A stretch of DNA of 64,000 nucleotides from positions 256,001 to 320,000 of the forward strand of contig CAVURN010000001.1 of assembly GCA_963743915.1 (NCBI GenBank), given 5' to 3'. This DNA comes from an uncultured Actinomycetota bacterium. Lineage in GTDB: Bacteria; Actinomycetota; Actinomycetes; JAHEKZ01. Below, piece by piece: positions 62,693 to 64,000 of this stretch. The notes below the pieces were generated by a model. The model was not told the DNA's origin. It did no database searches and worked only from the letters and a program-made list of their open reading frames with translations. The position numbers were made by a program, and so were the translations under genes. Numbering within the stretch: position 1 is the stretch's first letter; every line of letters starts with the position of its first letter.

Positions 62693-63451
62693 TCAGATCC
62701 GGCGGGAGATCAGCGCGCGCTTGACCTCCTGGATGGCCTTGGTCACCTCGATGCCACGTGGGCACGCGTCCGTGCAGTTGAAGGTGGTGCGGCACCGCCA
62801 CACCCCTTCGCGGTCGTTGAGGATGTCGAGCCGCTGCGCTGCACCCTCGTCGCGGCTGTCGAAGATGAACCGGTGGGCACCGACGATCGCCTGCGGGCCG
62901 AAGTACTGCTCGTCGGCCCAGAAGACCGGGCAGGACGTGGTGCAGGCGGCGCAGAGGATGCACTTGGTGGTGTCGTCGAACCGGTCGCGGTCGTGCTGCG
63001 ACTGCAGGCGCTCGCGGGTGGGCTCGTGCCCCTCGGTGATGAGGAAGGGCTTGACGTCGCGGTACGCCTGAAAGAACGGCTCCATGTCGACGACGAGGTC
63101 CTTCTCCAGCGGCAGACCCTTGATCGCCTCGACCGTGATCGCCTTGTCCATCGCGAGGTCCTTGATCAGCGTCTTGCAGGCCAGGCGGTTGCGGCCGTTG
63201 ATCCGCATCGCGTCCGAGCCGCAGATGCCGTGTGCGCAGGAGCGCCGGTAGGTGAGGGTGCCGTCCTGCTCCCACTTGATCTTGTTGAGCGCGTCGAGGA
63301 CGCGGTCCGTCGGGAACACGTCGACGGGGTAGTCGTGCCAGTAGGGCTCGGTGTCGGTCTCGGGGTTGAAGCGCCGGATGCGCAACGTCACGGTCCGACG
63401 GACGGGGGGTGCTTCGGCCGCCGTCTCGGGGGAGTCGATCGTGGCAGTCAT
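62693..63451 (-). CDS. sdhB: Succinate dehydrogenase iron-sulfur subunit
   Basis: SCAHGICGSD, CILCAACTTSCP, CRTTFNCTDACP. Confidence 0.97.
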   Translation of the reverse strand: MTATIDSPETAAEAPPVRRTVTLRIRRFNPETDTEPYWHDYPVDVFPTDRVLDALNKIKWEQDGTLTYRRSCAHGICGSDAMRINGRNRLACKTLIKDLAMDKAITVEAIKGLPLEKDLVVDMEPFFQAYRDVKPFLITEGHEPTRERLQSQHDRDRFDDTTKCILCAACTTSCPVFWADEQYFGPQAIVGAHRFIFDSRDEGAAQRLDILNDREGVWRCRTTFNCTDACPRGIEVTKAIQEVKRALISRRI

Positions 63452-64000
63452 CAGTACTTGCGCTCCATCGGCTGGTAGCGGGTGACGGTGACCGGCTTGT
63501 AGTCGAGCCGGATCTCGTGGTTGCCCTCGGCGTCCACCTCGCGATAGGCCATCGTGTGGCGCATGAAGTTGACGTCGTCACGGTTCGGGTAGTCCTCGCG
63601 GAAGTGCCCGCCGCGGGACTCGTTGCGCGCACGTGCCGACACCACCACGACCTCGGCAAGGTCGAGCAGGAACCCGAGCTCGACCGCCTCGAGCACGTCG
63701 GTGTTGTAGCGCTTGCCCTTGTCCTGAACCGTCACGTCCAGGTAGCGGCGCTTGAGCTCGGAGACGTCGGCCTCGGCCTGCTTCAGGGTGGTGTCGGTGC
63801 GGTACACCGACGCGTTGTCGTCCATCGTCTGCTGCAGCTCGGCGCGGATGGCCGCGGTGCGCTCGCCGCCCTGGCCGTCGAGCAGCCGCTCGATCAGACG
63901 CCGCACGTCGCCGTCGGGATCGTCCGGCAGCGCGGTGAACTCCTTGGTGGCGACGGCGTGCTCGGCGGCGGCGATGCCGGCGCGGCGCCCGAAGACGTTG
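63451..64000 (-). CDS. sdhA: Succinate dehydrogenase flavoprotein subunit (3' part)
   Basis: VFGRRAG, RNESRGGH, YQPMERKY. Confidence 0.93.
   Translation of the reverse strand, partial: NVFGRRAGIAAAEHAVATKEFTALPDDPDGDVRRLIERLLDGQGGERTAAIRAELQQTMDDNASVYRTDTTLKQAEADVSELKRRYLDVTVQDKGKRYNTDVLEAVELGFLLDLAEVVVVSARARNESRGGHFREDYPNRDDVNFMRHTMAYREVDAEGNHEIRLDYKPVTVTRYQPMERKY

Overview
High-GC actinomycete chromosome, apparently a long-read or metagenomic assembly, since many housekeeping genes carry 1-bp indels. The window opens on what looks like the last codons of guaA (IEWE*). A ~17.4 kb accessory region follows. Its first 9.8 kb is bounded by a 16-bp direct repeat of the guaA end and encodes a tyrosine integrase, an HUH rolling-circle Rep with a hairpin-rich leader, and a serine resolvase with a res-like site, but no transfer or capsid genes. 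The cargo inside and beyond this element is four ECF sigma/membrane partner pairs with shuffled extracellular modules (META, PASTA, GerMN-like, two Cys-pair modules) plus lipoproteins. Five of these genes share a leaderless promoter motif, GGAACC-N16-(C/A)GT-, and a ~2.9 kb four-gene cassette occurs twice. The rest follows the usual actinobacterial order (pspC/HK/RR, pcrA, M23, sucCD, purNH, folD, mdh, icd, trpS, sdhAB). Insertions in it include an orphan MCP behind a sigma28-like promoter, a TMADH-like flavoenzyme and a DmdA/GcvT-like gene sharing an operator, a class II aroA, and an S1 protease/lipoprotein islet.
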